64,000 nucleotides of DNA from NCBI RefSeq assembly GCF_009914755.1, contig NC_060930.1; one strand, 5' to 3'. The position numbers and the translations under genes are program-made. This stretch comes from the human T2T-CHM13v2.0 reference genome, Homo sapiens. Shown one piece after another: positions 31,006-45,553 of this stretch (position 1 is its first letter; each line of letters begins with the position of its first letter). The notes under the pieces are model-generated. The model was given only the letters and a program-made list of their open reading frames with translations, was not told where the DNA came from and did no database searches.

Positions 31006-32364
31006 ACCTGGAGGGTCTGTGGGGATAACCCCTATTCCGTACAAAGGAACAGTGAACATGCTTGAGTGAAAACGGCCACGCAAGGCAGACAGCAAGTGAG
31101 AAACGCCTAAGGCAGGGGAAGAATGGTGGTCTGCTACAGTGAGAAGAGAAATAGAGAAGACTGAGTCAGAAGGGGAAGGTATACACCAAACAGGAAGACA
31201 CGAGTGAACTGAACGCAAGAAGTAGAAAGTAAGAGACCTAAATTCGTGTTTCCAAATAATCCAGTTACCACATTACACTCAAAAAAAGAACCAAAGGCAG
31301 TTTTATTTGGAAATTGTTCTCTTCCTCCCTCGACACCTCTGTTAATCAAATTGGAAGCTAGGGGAGGGAACTGAGTAAAGGCAGGGACCTGAACATATCC
31401 CTCCGTTTTTGCTTTTTTTTTTTTTTCTTTTGCCCCTTAATCAGCCACCTTCAAAACAGTGCCTTTCTAGGGCTAACGTCCTGCCTGTGGCATCTCATCA
31501 CTGATAAACATCAGGAAGTAACTGCCATTCGCCATTTATAGATTTATATGTACCTGCTAGGATAATGAGATTCACAATCTGTTCATTCCCTTAGTAACTG
31601 AATGAAACTCACAAATGGCTACGAGGGAGTATCCTAGTTCACTGAAGCCCAAGCTGGCCTCAGGAACCAGAGATAACATTTCTCCTTTTTCCAGCTGAAT
31701 TACTAAGACAAGCAAGAGATGACTCATAATAAGCATAGTTGATGAAGCAATTAATGCCAACTCTTCCTCTCTGAATCATCCCTTCCAGTGAAAGAATCGC
31801 TAGGAGTATTAACCCTGGCTGAAAAAGTAGATGCCATGTGAGCACATTAAACTTTACCAAACAATGGAGTGGTAAGGGAAGAGTTGGAGGGTTTCTGTCC
31901 AAACTATCTGAATCTAGAGGGACCGCTCCATGAATAAGTTTCAATACAATTGCGGTAATCAGCACCGCTTCCTCTATTTCAATTTACAAACGCTGGGTTT
32001 ACAGGAATAGCTTTCTGAGACATTCCTATAAAATTAGCTTACTCACTGAATTTTTAAAAAGGAGAACAAAGCCAAAGGACGCCATTGGCCTCTGGGGGCG
32101 TATGTGTGTGAACAAGCTGATGCTGTGTAGAAATGATGTGTCAATATCATTTGGGCTACTTGTGTGAAAACTGCTCAATCCAAGAGTTACTTCTTGTTTC
32201 TACTGACTGAACATGAAGAGAGAACCAAATATTCCAGACAGGGAAAGAATCTGAGAAAACATAGAGTGGAGTGATTTCAGTGTGTGTATATGAAGAAGGG
32301 GGAGCAAATATAAAATCCAACTGGATGCTTTTCATCCTCCATGCAGTTCTCCACCCGCTTACTA

Positions 32365-32537
32365 CCCCTCACTTAAAGTGTGGTCCTGGGGCCAGCAGCA
32401 TCAGTTTCACGGAGGGATTTGTCAGAAATACATATTCTCAGGCTCCACCCTAGAACTATTAAATCAGAACCCCTGGGCCTGGCGCCCAGAAATCTGTGGT
32501 CTAAACAAGCCTTCCAGGTGCCTCTGATGCAAACATT
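32365..32537. mobile_element. MER5A hAT-Charlie MITE
   Basis: 'aaagtgtggtcc..gccagcagcatcag...attctcaggctccaccctaga..aatcagaa...aacaagccttccaggtg..tctgatgca'. Confidence 0.85.
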
Positions 32538-32563
32538 CAATAAAATGTAATCGTCAAATCTTA

Positions 32564-32910
<347 letters not shown>

Positions 32911-33699
32911 AAAACCTGGCCCCATTTGCATGTACTACTGCTACACTCATCCCTCACTCCCACCCACCTTTCGGAGGTAGGCCGCCCATCACTAGATTTA
33001 GCAGAGCATCCGCTGACTGAAATGAGACACAGCTGGGAGGCACCCACCACCACCCGCCTTTGTAGAACGGCTACCCAAAAAGACAAGGATAGCAAGTCCC
33101 CTGAAGCTTTTCCAATCTATTCCTTTTTGTGATTGTTTTCCTTTTGAAATAGTGTTAACACATTTTAAAATTATATACATATTCATTTTGAAAAATACAG
33201 AAATGGCAAAGAAGAAAGTAAAAACCTCCCAGCTGACACTTAACATTTGTCCCATCTTTTTCTAAGCATCAATATATAAATATTTAACAGTATATACATG
33301 TTACTTAATTTTTAAAATTTGTAATTGTATATGTATTTTCTTGTATACATTCCTTTGAAAGCTCTGTGATGGGTGTAGGCTGAACTGCTGGGCTGTACTG
33401 TTTTAGAGCAAAAAAAGATACTCATGCTGTAATTCTAATTTTTCTGTGTTTCAAAGGGGGGGCTATTAATTTATTAAATTAATTTTTAAAATTTACTCAA
33501 GGTGAATTCTTATCCAGATCAATTCCAGGAGTTACGGGGCGTGGAATTTGCCAGATAAGCCACACCATTCTATGCCATCAAGTCACAGAAACTGGCTTCC
33601 CTACACTCTAATTTGTGCCTTGTCTGTTGCTTTGGGCATGAAACAGAATGTGGCTTCTTTCATTTCTCACTTCATTACCTAAAGTGGACATACACCTTC

Positions 33700-34965
33700 C
33701 CATACTCCCTCTCCCCTCTCCTTCCCTAACCTATCCCCTGCCCACCCTGGCCCCATTATTTCTCACTTGGATAACAGGAAGGTCGTACAACTCTCCCTTT
33801 TGAACTCATCGTCCACACTGGGTCAAATCTAAAATACATCTGCATATGCCACATCTGCTAAAAATCATTACAATAGCTTCTATTTAAACATGAGTATATC
33901 CCATCAGCCTGGCCCCATGCTACATGCGTTCAGACATTATCATATCTTTATAACAATCTTAAGAGACAGAGGCTATTATTTTAACGTTAGAGATAAAGAC
34001 TCTTACAGCTGAGGTATGTTAAATAACTTGCTCAAAGTCACAAAGCTAGTAAAATTTAGGGCAGCTGACTCTGGAACCTATAACATTTGTTAATTCAAAA
34101 AATTTCATGACTACTGCCATCAACGGCAGTGGTTCCCAACATTTTCTTCAATCAAAAATGTTGCAGACTTCAGGCACTAGATGTTTAACTCTTAATATCT
34201 GTTGATCAAGAAGATGTACAATGGTCAAAAAGATACTATGAACTTAGTAACGCTGTGAATGAATTCTGGCTAATGACTTACAATATCAGCCAGCTACATA
34301 TATTTGGAAGAAAGCTCCTATTTCTGTTAGTGATTCTGATGACCAAATCTACAGACCATGCTTTGTGTCGGTATGAATGTGCAGGTCCTCTTTTACAAGA
34401 AATGTGGTCTCCCATATGTTTTGGAATCTACAGATTAGAAAACCCCTAGAATATAAGCCAAAGTCCATACTCCTTAGCATTTGAAATGCCGTAAGTTTCC
34501 CAGTTTGGCTCCAACTTACTTCTCCAACTAGATTTCCTGTAACCCCATACCACGTCCCCTAAGCCCTACCTCTAGTTGTGTTAGACAAGCATTCCCAAAT
34601 TACTGGATACCATGCACACTCAAGCCTAGAGGACCACAGCCATTTCTGCTGCAATTCTCTACCTGAAGAACTCAATCTCCTTTGAGACAGAGCTCAAACA
34701 TCTCCAACCCTATGGAGCCATTCCTGACAACACCCCCACCCACTCAAGGCTAAATTAACGCATCCTTCGTCCATATGATCACAGCCCTATGATGATAAGT
34801 AACACACTACAGATAAAATGACATGCATCTCTGTATCTAGCTATCTGACCACTCTTCTCATCCAAACTTCCCAAGGGCAGGGATTGTGCTTCTTCATCAG
34901 TGTCTTAGCCCCTAGCCCCATCCCTGAAATATGGTAGGTACTGTTTGTAAGATTAATAAATGAGT
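33700..34965. mobile_element. L2 fragments with an embedded MIR (~33950-34080)
   Basis: L2-like 'aaacttcccaagggcagggattgtgc..ggtaggtac..gattaataaatga'; MIR 'aaataacttgctcaaagtcacaaagctagtaa'. Confidence 0.55.
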
Positions 34966-35304
34966 ATCAATGCCAAGCTGGCTAGTGATTTTGCCTGGGG
35001 AAGTCAGTTTGGAAAATAGCTCTGACCACTAAAGAAGCTTTCTTTCAGTATGTTGTAATGGTTAATCATCTGTAAACCAGAAAACTCACAACGTCCTCCA
35101 AAAGTAGAAGACAAATACACTAGGAACTGGAAGATCTGAGCTCAGGTCCTGGCTTTCCTATGAACCAGCTGTGTGACTTTGGTCAAGTCACATTCCCTCT
35201 CTGATCTTCTGTTTGTTCACTGAATTGTGGCAGGGTTGTGGGGGTGCAAAAGGAGGGCTTCTAGTTCTTCCCTGATGCAATTCTCTGACGTGCAAAGGTG
35301 TAGA

Positions 35305-35526
35305 CTACAGTTGGCAAACATTTTCTGATGAGGATCAGATAGTAGATATTTCAGGCTTTCTTGGACTATGGTCTCTTTCACCATGACTCAAATCAAATTC
35401 TGCCAGTGTAGTGCAAAAACTGCTATAGACATTAGACAAATTATTGGATGTAGCTATGTGCTAATAAAACTTTATTTACAAGAACAGGCTGGATTTGGCC
35501 CATGGACCATAGTTTGCCTACTCCTG
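35305..35526. mobile_element. MER58A hAT-Charlie MITE
   Basis: 'ttggcaaac.ttttct..cagatagta.atattt.aggctt...aataaaactttatttac...ggatttggccc..catagtttgcc.actcctg'. Confidence 0.88.
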
Positions 35527-37416
35527 GTCTGGATGAATGCCTCCTTGTTGCCATTCAGTTCACAGAGCTTGATATGAAGATACAGTTCACGAGATGTCCA
35601 TCCCAAAGCCTCTATCCATTCCAAAGGGACTTATAAGAAGGACAATAAAGATTACCATTCCCCAACCAGGAACTTGACAACGGGGAAGAGATTGCCTAGT
35701 TAGCGGTTTATAGTAAGAACAAAATTTAGTGGATGAGAACATGGACATACAAAGCCAACTGAAGAAAGATAATTACTACCATCACCACTACCCCTGCCCC
35801 AGCCAGCACCTGATGAAATATAGTCATGAATTTAAGAAAAGACTGTGTCCTCAAAAGGGCGCCAGGGCTGGCTTAGCCAGGAAAGTACAGAGTCACTAAA
35901 GTCTATGTAGGCAATGCCAAGGTTGTTGGGGAGAATACAGTGTCTTCACAGGCAAGGCCACCCTAGTGAGATGACTGTAGGGAGTAGCAGGCAATGACTG
36001 ACATGTTCCTGGTCCCACTAGAAAAGCCACCCTTCTCCTGAGATGAACAGAGAGGCAGGCTATGTTTGCTTGGTGCCACTTAACAGTCAACTCATCCCAC
36101 TCCCTTGTTCCGATTCCCTGCTCACCAAGCAAACACCTGACTCCATATGGATCTTCCTTAGAGAGCATGTGCACTGTGACTGCTGCTGCTACCTGCAGCC
36201 AGAGAGCAGCAATTTCTCAAGGCACATCAATAAAGTAGCTTCCAGTTAGGATTTACATTCCCATGCAGCTTAACACAGAGAGAGAATGTGCTCATCATGT
36301 GGGCCTTGAGAGTATGTTAGTAATGGTTTCCACTGCGGATTAACATTCTGGCATAACGATCTCGTGGGTCTGAGGATATGCTGGCATCATGGTCTCAACT
36401 CAGGCTCATCTGTGGCATAGCTCTCTGAATCAGCATGGCAAGCCCTGGACACAGACCAGAAGCCATCTCTAGTCTCCAAAAGCAGGGGCAGAAGGCGGCG
36501 ATCGTATGCAGATCCAGCCAGCCCTCGCTGACAGCATGGCTTACACGCCACTTCTGGCTCTACTCACTTTCAACTGATTTTCACAGAGCTGTTTAGGATG
36601 ATGAAGCCAAAGAACCTGGTGCTTCAGGACAAAGTTTCTGTTTGCTTCCCTATACATGTATAGAATGGAAACTGGCACAAGATTTAATTAAGTGATGTAA
36701 AAACCAGAGGAAAGTAAATAAGAGCAACAGCCAAATATCCACAGTACCAATTAGTGACTGGCAGAGTTGCCACACAACAAGGTGCAATGAACAGTTTATG
36801 TGTTTCTTTAAAAAATCTAAATCATAGTGAAGGGTCAATGATGCCCAGAAAATGCCAGCTCTTTTGCCCTATTAAGCAGAAAACAAAGGCTCAGTGTATA
36901 GAAGTTAGAAAACTTTTAGCCACAAAAATATGACAGTGAATTATGCCTCTTAATAATATGCATGGGGCAAAATGAAAGAGCATTCCAGAAAGAAGGTCAG
37001 TGCCTGTTTTGCCTAAATCTTGCCAGGATATGCAAGGCCAAATGCCCCCAAACCAAGGAAGGAAAACAAAACTAACTGCAACGGAGCAAGAATGCAAAGC
37101 ACCTCCTTTCCTGTTAACTGTGACATAATTCATTTTTCTCCTTCTGTTCCAGAACTTCTAACCTATAGGTCATGCTTATACCCACAGAAGAACCAAGGGA
37201 GTAAGGAAGCTGCTGGTTTCCAAAGAAAATGCTTACTTCCCATTTGCAAAGCGTTTCGCTGGAAATGCTGTGTTGAGTTACACCATCCAACTAGGAATTA
37301 AATATATTATGCTCTTTGGTAAATTATCAAAATGTAAACCAACAGCTACAGTGGAGACCATCTGAACTGCCAAGAGTTTTAACACTGTGATTTTAGTGAG
37401 AAAGAACATTTCCCCT

Positions 37417-37465
37417 GCTGTTTAGTTTTCAGCTAAGTTCAGCCTAGCTGTTTAGTTTTCAGCTA
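37417..37465. repeat. 19-bp direct repeat, 30-bp period
   Basis: gctgtttagttttcagcta at 37417-37435 and 37447-37465. Confidence 0.9.
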
Positions 37466-37680
37466 GCTTCATACAAAGCTGTGCATTGTACGCACAGATG
37501 TGTGCACACAATGTATACATGAAGACAACCACACACTTTTGTTCATAGGTTTTTACTGGGAATTTTCACATAGGATTCATTAAGTGAAGGTATGTAGCAT
37601 GATAAAACTGTCATTTCCTAAGTTTTTCTACCCACCATAATTTGGGAAGTGGCTTTGTTTCTCTGACTACTAGACTTCCT

Positions 37681-37724
37681 GGGGACTCTGTCTTTATTTC
37701 CCGGGGACTCTGTCTTTATTTCCC
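37681..37724. repeat. Perfect 22-bp tandem duplication (within an L2 3' relic)
   Basis: ggggactctgtctttatttccc x2. Confidence 0.95.
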
Positions 37725-38374
37725 ATAACATTTGCAGAGTGCCATGCACACAATGAGCACTTAATAAACATTTGTTGAATGATTCATCTCCACAATATCA
37801 ACGCAATTAAGAGAAATCTGGCCTTTCACGTGAATTTATGATACAAGCAAAATAAGCACAACAAATTTTAAAGCTCTTTAGTCCTCTGTCTTCTTATATA
37901 GAAAACTATTCAGTATTTCTACATCAAAAATTCTCCAGGGAAGGATAAACATACATTTTTTTATACATTCCCCCAAAGCACAGGAAGAAAGAGCAACTTT
38001 ATTTCATTTGTGCAAATTGATAGATCACCTTTTGAATTCATGCTAAACAGCTAAATGTCGCAAGCAGCATGCTGTCAAAAACTGTCAAGTGAAATAATTA
38101 TTGATTGGTGCATTAAAATTAAAAACGAATGTAGATTAATAAATGAAGATGGCTTTAAGAAAAAGCATGTCATCTACAACTAGAAAAACCCGACAGCGAA
38201 TCTGCCAGTCAGGGCTATAGGGCTTAGAATGAAAGATTAAAGAGGAAACAAGAATAAGAAGATAAAAATTAACCACACAATGGCCTTTGTGACAACCCAT
38301 GACAGCTGAGATAGGCTCTCCGGATGGTCACATCCCACCTGTCCTTCCTTTTCCAGCCCCTGACATAAATGTCA

Positions 38375-38700
38375 TGGATTTCCCGGGTGGGTCCTAAATC
38401 CAATGACCACTGTTCTTCTAAGAGACAGGAGAGGACCTGGTACAGACACAGAGGAGAAGGCCATGTGAAAACAGAGGCAGAGACTGGAGTGACGCTGCCA
38501 CAAGCCAAGGAACGCCTGGAACCACCAGAGGATGACAGCAGCAAGGAAAGGTTCTCCCAACAGAGCTTCGGGAGGGAGTGTGGCCCGGCTGACACCTGAT
38601 TTCAGACGTCTGCCCTCCAGAACTTTGAGAGAACAAATTCCTGTTGTTTTAACCCACCAAGTTTCTGGTAATTTATTAGAGCAGCCCTGGAAAACTAACA
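38375..38700 (+). mobile_element. ERVL-MaLR LTR (MLT1C-like)
   Basis: 'gggtgggtcctaaatccaatgac...gaaggccatgtgaaaacagaggcagag..caagccaaggaa...cctccagaactttgaga..ggaaaactaaca'. Confidence 0.9.
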
Positions 38701-39180
38701 GAGTTTCCCATCACATTTAGCGTAAAATCCAAGCTCCTGCAGCCTCTAGATCAATTCAAAGGCTCCTTCTGGCCTCAGAGCCTTCACCTGGCCATTCTCT
38801 TCCTTTACAGTGCTCATCCTCAGATTCTCATCTCACCCTTCACCACTCCCATCTTCCAGGGCTGGCTCCTATACCTTACTGCAGTCTCTGTACAAAAGCC
38901 CATCCCCTAAGACTTTCCCTGACTCCACCAAACAAAAGAATCCCCTTCGCCCCTGCCATCACTCTTTCTCCTAACATATCCTACTCTATTTTGGGGGGTC
39001 TGCAAATAGAGTCTACTTATGCAATTTACTTGTGGTTGTCTCCACTATGAGAACATAAGCTCTCTGAGGGCAGGGACTTAGACAACCTTGTTTGTTCTCT
39101 GTTACGTCCTCAGTGCATACAACCATGTCTGGTGCAGAAAAGACATTCAATAAATACTTGGTTGTATAAGAATGAATAAA
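38701..39180 (+). mobile_element. L2 3' fragment
   Basis: 'taagctctctgagggcagggac...cattcaataaatacttggttg..aatgaa'. Confidence 0.7.
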
Positions 39181-40027
39181 TTATTTTTCTGTGCTTTCAC
39201 TCAATTATAAAAGCCTGACTTGATTAGCACCATCAAGACATATGAGCTTAAGACATTCTCTGCATTGCAAGTCAAGAATGCTTACTATTATTTTTGAAAA
39301 TATCTGAGGGTTTACAACCTCTCTCCAATGCTCTTCTATTAAAACTCAGTTGATCCAAACATGGCTTTTTTGCTTTTATTATTTGGGTCGAGCTAAAGCA
39401 TGGTATAAAGGAGAGGCCTAAATCCTTTTCCTACCAGCTATGTGAGCCTGAGTAAGTAATTACCCTCTTTGAGCCTGTAGAAAAGAATGATAAAACATGC
39501 TGTGTCTATATCCACAGGGCTGCTATGAGAACCCATTGAGGTAACCCATCCAGCAAAATATTTCTTTAGATGCTGTTCAGGCCAGATACTGTGCTAGCAG
39601 TGACACAGTTAGAACCCAGGCAAGAAATGTCTGTCCTTATCAAGCATACCTCTAGGCACATTTTGCAAACTGTCAAGACTTGTGCAGATGTAATGGAATC
39701 TGAGATTTGTGCTTGACACACCCAGAGGATAACCAGCTCCCCCGTTCCAAATTATTCCTGCTCTGCATACCTATTAATACAAATGCAAACCAGAAGATGG
39801 TTCCCTTAAGACAGCTATTAGTTTTTACTCAATTACTCACACATTTCCCCAAATGTTCCTCATTTGTCTCATGCCGAGCAATTTCTAATACAGATAAAAA
39901 TCAGGAGCTACTACGAACAAGGTTACGGCATGTAGCCATCCCAAAATGTGGATGCCACAAACCCTGAAACATTATTCCTTTTCATTATTTCAAAAGAAAC
40001 AAACCACATTTGAAATATGTACCAAGT

Positions 40028-40327
<300 letters not shown>

Positions 40328-41306
40328 AAATACGTACCAGGTATGTCTGCAATGCAGATTTAATGTAATAATTTACAAAATGGCCATGTCATGGTTATTT
40401 TTAATTGAATAAAATAGGTAGCTTATGGCTTGTTTTCTGTAACTCAGCCTTAACATTTTGTTAAGCCTTTCATTTGTTTTCCTCAGAAGATGTGCCTATC
40501 TTTCAATTCTAAATAAATGGTTCCTATGAACCTTTTGAGAAACAGAATTCTTGGAGGATCTGATTGAAAGCTACAATCCTCTCCCAGAAAAACCCACATA
40601 CACAGAATGTCATGCTGTAATACAGTTCCTGGGGGAGCCTTGGGACGTTCTGGAAAAGTTCAGTGATCAGAAATGAAGAATTCCCAACCACCTTATTGCA
40701 GTGGCCGCAAAGGGGCACACTCAGTGGCCTCACCTGACCACTGCAAAGATTCGTTCTTCTAGCCAGCCTACACAATTAGGCACCAACTCAAAGCAATATC
40801 ATGTTGCAAACTATGCAGCATTAACTGATGTTGAGGAAATGAAAGGAGATAACGAGTCCAAGCACGCACATTACACACTTCTCCCAAATGGCACTGCAGC
40901 AGGGGGCGGCTGTAAGCCAGGCAACAGGAGATGCATTCATTAGCCATGACCTCCCAATGCCAAGAAAGGGCCCAAAGTTCAGCAAATGGGGATGATTAGA
41001 AATTTTACAAGAAAATGAAATCTTGAGCTTTTAATTTTACTGAAATGTGATTTTCTGCTTTCAACTCAAAATGCATTTACATGTTCCACGTCCTGTGAAG
41101 TTATAAAGAAAAGATACATTTAAATGAACAAAAGCCAAAGGAAGTGCTCACTAATAATAGTCTAATTACAAAAAAGTATCTCCCCCCACCTGCCCCACTG
41201 TTTGTTCAATAAAACTGATTCCATACACTGAACCATCTCACTATCGCTTTTCTGGGCTACATGTATATGAGCGCAAAACTCACAGTAAATAACGATAATA
41301 AAAAAT

Positions 41307-41502
41307 CCAAAATAACAGGAAACATCTACAATTATCCAGAGAAAATATGTCAAATTATAAAGTCTCTGAGTCATGATAGTAATCAAACCTGAGTCTCTAT
41401 TGGCTTTACAAAACACTATTAATATTTCCTGTAATAAAAACTGAGGTGTAGTTACTCAGGTTCTTTAGTGAGTCAACACATGTAATTTGCTAAAGCTGAA
41501 AC
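41307..41502 (+). repeat. Left arm of ~200-bp inverted repeat
   Basis: Reverse complement of 43312-43539; 80/86 identical over 41307-41392. Confidence 0.95.
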
Positions 41503-42819
41503 ACACTGTTGCTTTCCCCATGGCTGAGAATGCAGTGTCAGTAACATGCGAGTTTTCTGCTCTGCTTCAAAAGATCTGTTATGTTTAAGAATTTAAAACA
41601 CACACACACTCTCTCTCACACACACGCAAATACAGAAGTATTTTCTACCAAAGAAGGTACAAGGTGTTTTTACCCAACAACTCTGAATGTGTGTGATCAT
41701 GCGTAAAGTTCTCTTTAAGTACTATTGGTATGCTACATTTAAAATATTTCAGACTGTGTTTCCATAAACATTTATACAGACTTCTCAGAAATAAAGGAGA
41801 ATTCTACTAAGGATTAAAAGTCACTGCCGTGATTTATAAGCTATTTCAACTAAACATTGTAAACTTTGGACTATTTACTTTTCAGTGGGAGAGATCATTC
41901 CTTCCAGAGATAGAGTAACATACTATATTATCATTTTTCCTACTTTTAAGTTTCCAGGTGTAACATCTCTGGGGACATTTTCATTTTATTAAAAAATAAT
42001 AATTTTTGTATGATCCTTTAAACAACAATCTATCCTTCTGCAGTTGAAATGAGTTCAACTACCCACAGTCAGCTTACACATAACTTATTACTATAAATCA
42101 ACTATAAAAACTAAGCTACAATCATTACTTAATCCTAAAAGGAGGAGGAAGAGACAAAACTCAAGTACAATCTTTTATAGATAAAATCATGTTCTATATC
42201 ACCCCTTTGGATAAACCTTTTATTTATGAATCTAGCGCATTTCCCCTCGTAGGCTAAATTTCCTTAAGCTTTTCTGGACAAATTCCCTGCATTCAACAGA
42301 ATAAGTTCCAATGTTTAGTCAGAAAAGAGACTCTGGAGCATTAAGATAATTACACAATTTCAACTTCTAAGTATATATATTTTTAAAATTAATAACATAG
42401 TGCACTTCCTTACTTAGAAGGAAATTTAAATTACAAAGAATCTGACATTTTGAAATTTCTGAACCCAAAAGCCATTAAAAAAATAGCCCATGAGCCAAGC
42501 AGCTTCACTAAATGTTTATCACAGTGTAACATTTCCACAGTATGAAAAGTTTCTGGCTATCATGCAATTTTAAATTCATGTCCATTTTCACTCGACTGTG
42601 TTTTTTTAACATAAGACTAAAGCATGTTGATTCTTACACAAATCATAAAAGAGACTATGAGGAAAGTTCAAAGTAACCTCAAGCATGATGACTTCACGTT
42701 CAAAAGATCTTTCTCATGTTAATAACATTTAAATCTCTGCCTGTGTGTGACTCACATGCCTCAGACTGGAAGTTCAGCCCAATCAGCTCTCCCAACTGAT
42801 TGGTGAGGGAAGTACATAC

Positions 42820-42899
42820 TTCATTGTCTTAAACCCCGAGTGACTGGCATTCCCTTTAACTGGGCAGTGTGTCTAAATATGGAAAAACTTCATGAGAAA
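42820..42899 (-). other. Candidate 80-nt cassette exon
   Basis: Acceptor tatttttcctctttgcctgtttcag|, donor GAA|gtatgt. Confidence 0.3.
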
Positions 42900-43311
42900 C
42901 TGAAACAGGCAAAGAGGAAAAATATTACTGGCACCAGTCCTTCAGTATGAATCGAGAGAAAATTCATGAAGTCTCCAAAAGAATTTTTTAGGTGTCTTTT
43001 TGATGAGTAGGAATTCCAGTGCCTAGGGCTTTCAGTTCTTTGTGCATCAAAGTTTTCTTCTAAGCATGTATGGTCATGGAAGAGCTGGAGTATCTTTCAT
43101 GACAATGGCCTCTAATCAAACCCAGTGTTCACCCCTGAGAGACGACCTGTGCACTTCACTCCATCCATCACAGGCAACTAAATATACAACCAGGGCAAGC
43201 AACCCATGAACAGGGTGAAAAACAGCCACTGGAGCTGGCTATTTACAACCTTGCTCTGCTCTAAAACTTTCTACGGGACAACCATTCAGACCCGAGTTCT
43301 ATGTACAATAG

Positions 43312-43539
43312 GTTTCAGCCTTAGCAAATTAGATAGATGCACTGACTTACTTGCTAAAGAACCTGAGGAATGACGCCTTAATTTTTATTATAGGATATAT
43401 TAATAGTGTTTGGTAAAGCTGATATAGAGTCAGGTTTGATTGCTGATATAGAATCAGGTTTGATTACTGTCATGACTCAGAGGCTTTATAATTTGACATA
43501 TTTTATCTGGATAACTTTAGATTTTTCCTGTTATTTTGG
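43312..43539 (-). repeat. Right arm of inverted repeat (contains a 24-bp tandem duplication at 43418-43465)
   Basis: Manual alignment to 41307-41502. Confidence 0.95.
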
Positions 43540-44751
43540 TACTGGGTTGCAGCACACAGGTGGCACCTAGTCTTAGGGCTGTGAGGATCCCGCCATGGCC
43601 TGAGCTCAGTCACTATTACCAGCTTCACCAGAGAAAGACAGGAAGTGGAGAAGTCCAGGCTAACATGAGTTTCCCAGAGAAACACAACTTATTTTAATGT
43701 CAAACCTGTTAAACTAAATTATGATCCATTTGAGAGAAGGCAGGTCAGATGACTAAAACTAACCGTTTATTAAGTTTTGAAGAATGGAAGTGGCTATATG
43801 GTTTTATAACATGATCCCTTGGAAAATTAAAATGAAAGTATGTTAACTTCCTATGGCTTTAAATGGTGTGTCTTGCTTGTAATGTTGGACACTGGACTCC
43901 TCTAGAGCCTTCTTAAGTACCAGAGCTGAGTTTTCTGTGTTTATTTAGGTTTCGAGAACTGCTATTTATTACTCCGATACTGCGTGTTTTCATTCCAGAG
44001 GAGTGTGATTGTTAATTTGTTATTGCGAGTTCCTTAAGGAGTCAAAACATCCAGAGAAAAGCATGAACTACACACAGCAATAAAGGCTAGAAAATGTCTC
44101 AACAACATGGAAATGACTCACTGCTAAAGACATGGGGGATTAAGAAACACTCTCCCATTCAATTCAGGGTAAATTTGTTCAGATGAAACAAACAAGAAAA
44201 AGAGCTAAATCCAGTTTTTGAATCAGAAACCGAATTTAGAAAAACATCTTGGTTGAAATGCCCTGTGAAAATAGTTTTAAAGTATTTCTCTTCCTTCCTC
44301 TCATCAGTAAGGTCAATAATCACTTGCACTCATTGTGCATATTTGGCCCAGTAGCTACTCCCACATTCTCACATTCAACAATATTTATGCCCAGATAAGG
44401 GAGAGAATCATCCTTTCACAAGCTGACTATGTTTATTCCAACATTTTCCTGCACCATTTTAAAGGAAGAGAAAAAAAGCATCAAAAGAAAGCTTAAGCGC
44501 TCCTAAGGGAAAAGACTCAATACATACAGACCTTTTTAATCAATTCAGATCCAAGTACACAAGGAACAAGTGCATATGGGCAGGAACGACTGGTAAATAT
44601 TTGCTAAATAAAGGCAGCTGATATTTCTCTGCCCGCTTTGCCCCTAGCCCTCTGACTCCTCCTCCCCACAATACCCACATAATTTTCCTTTTGGCCATAA
44701 TATAGAACTCAATCACCATATTAAGATGAAGCCCTAGAAAGTAGCTTCTTA

Positions 44752-45162
<411 letters not shown>

Positions 45163-45265
45163 CTAAGGTAGAACTTCTCTTCGTAGATGATACCAATTAT
45201 CATTTTAAAATGCAAATTACTAAGACCTCTTGCACCCAATTATGTATGACATAGAATAATTTCTT

Positions 45266-45553
<288 letters not shown>

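Noticed and set aside
36562-36592. Possible 21-nt minus-strand microexon (aaacag|...GAAA|gtgagt)
   Set aside because: Weak acceptor, and signals of this quality arise often by chance.
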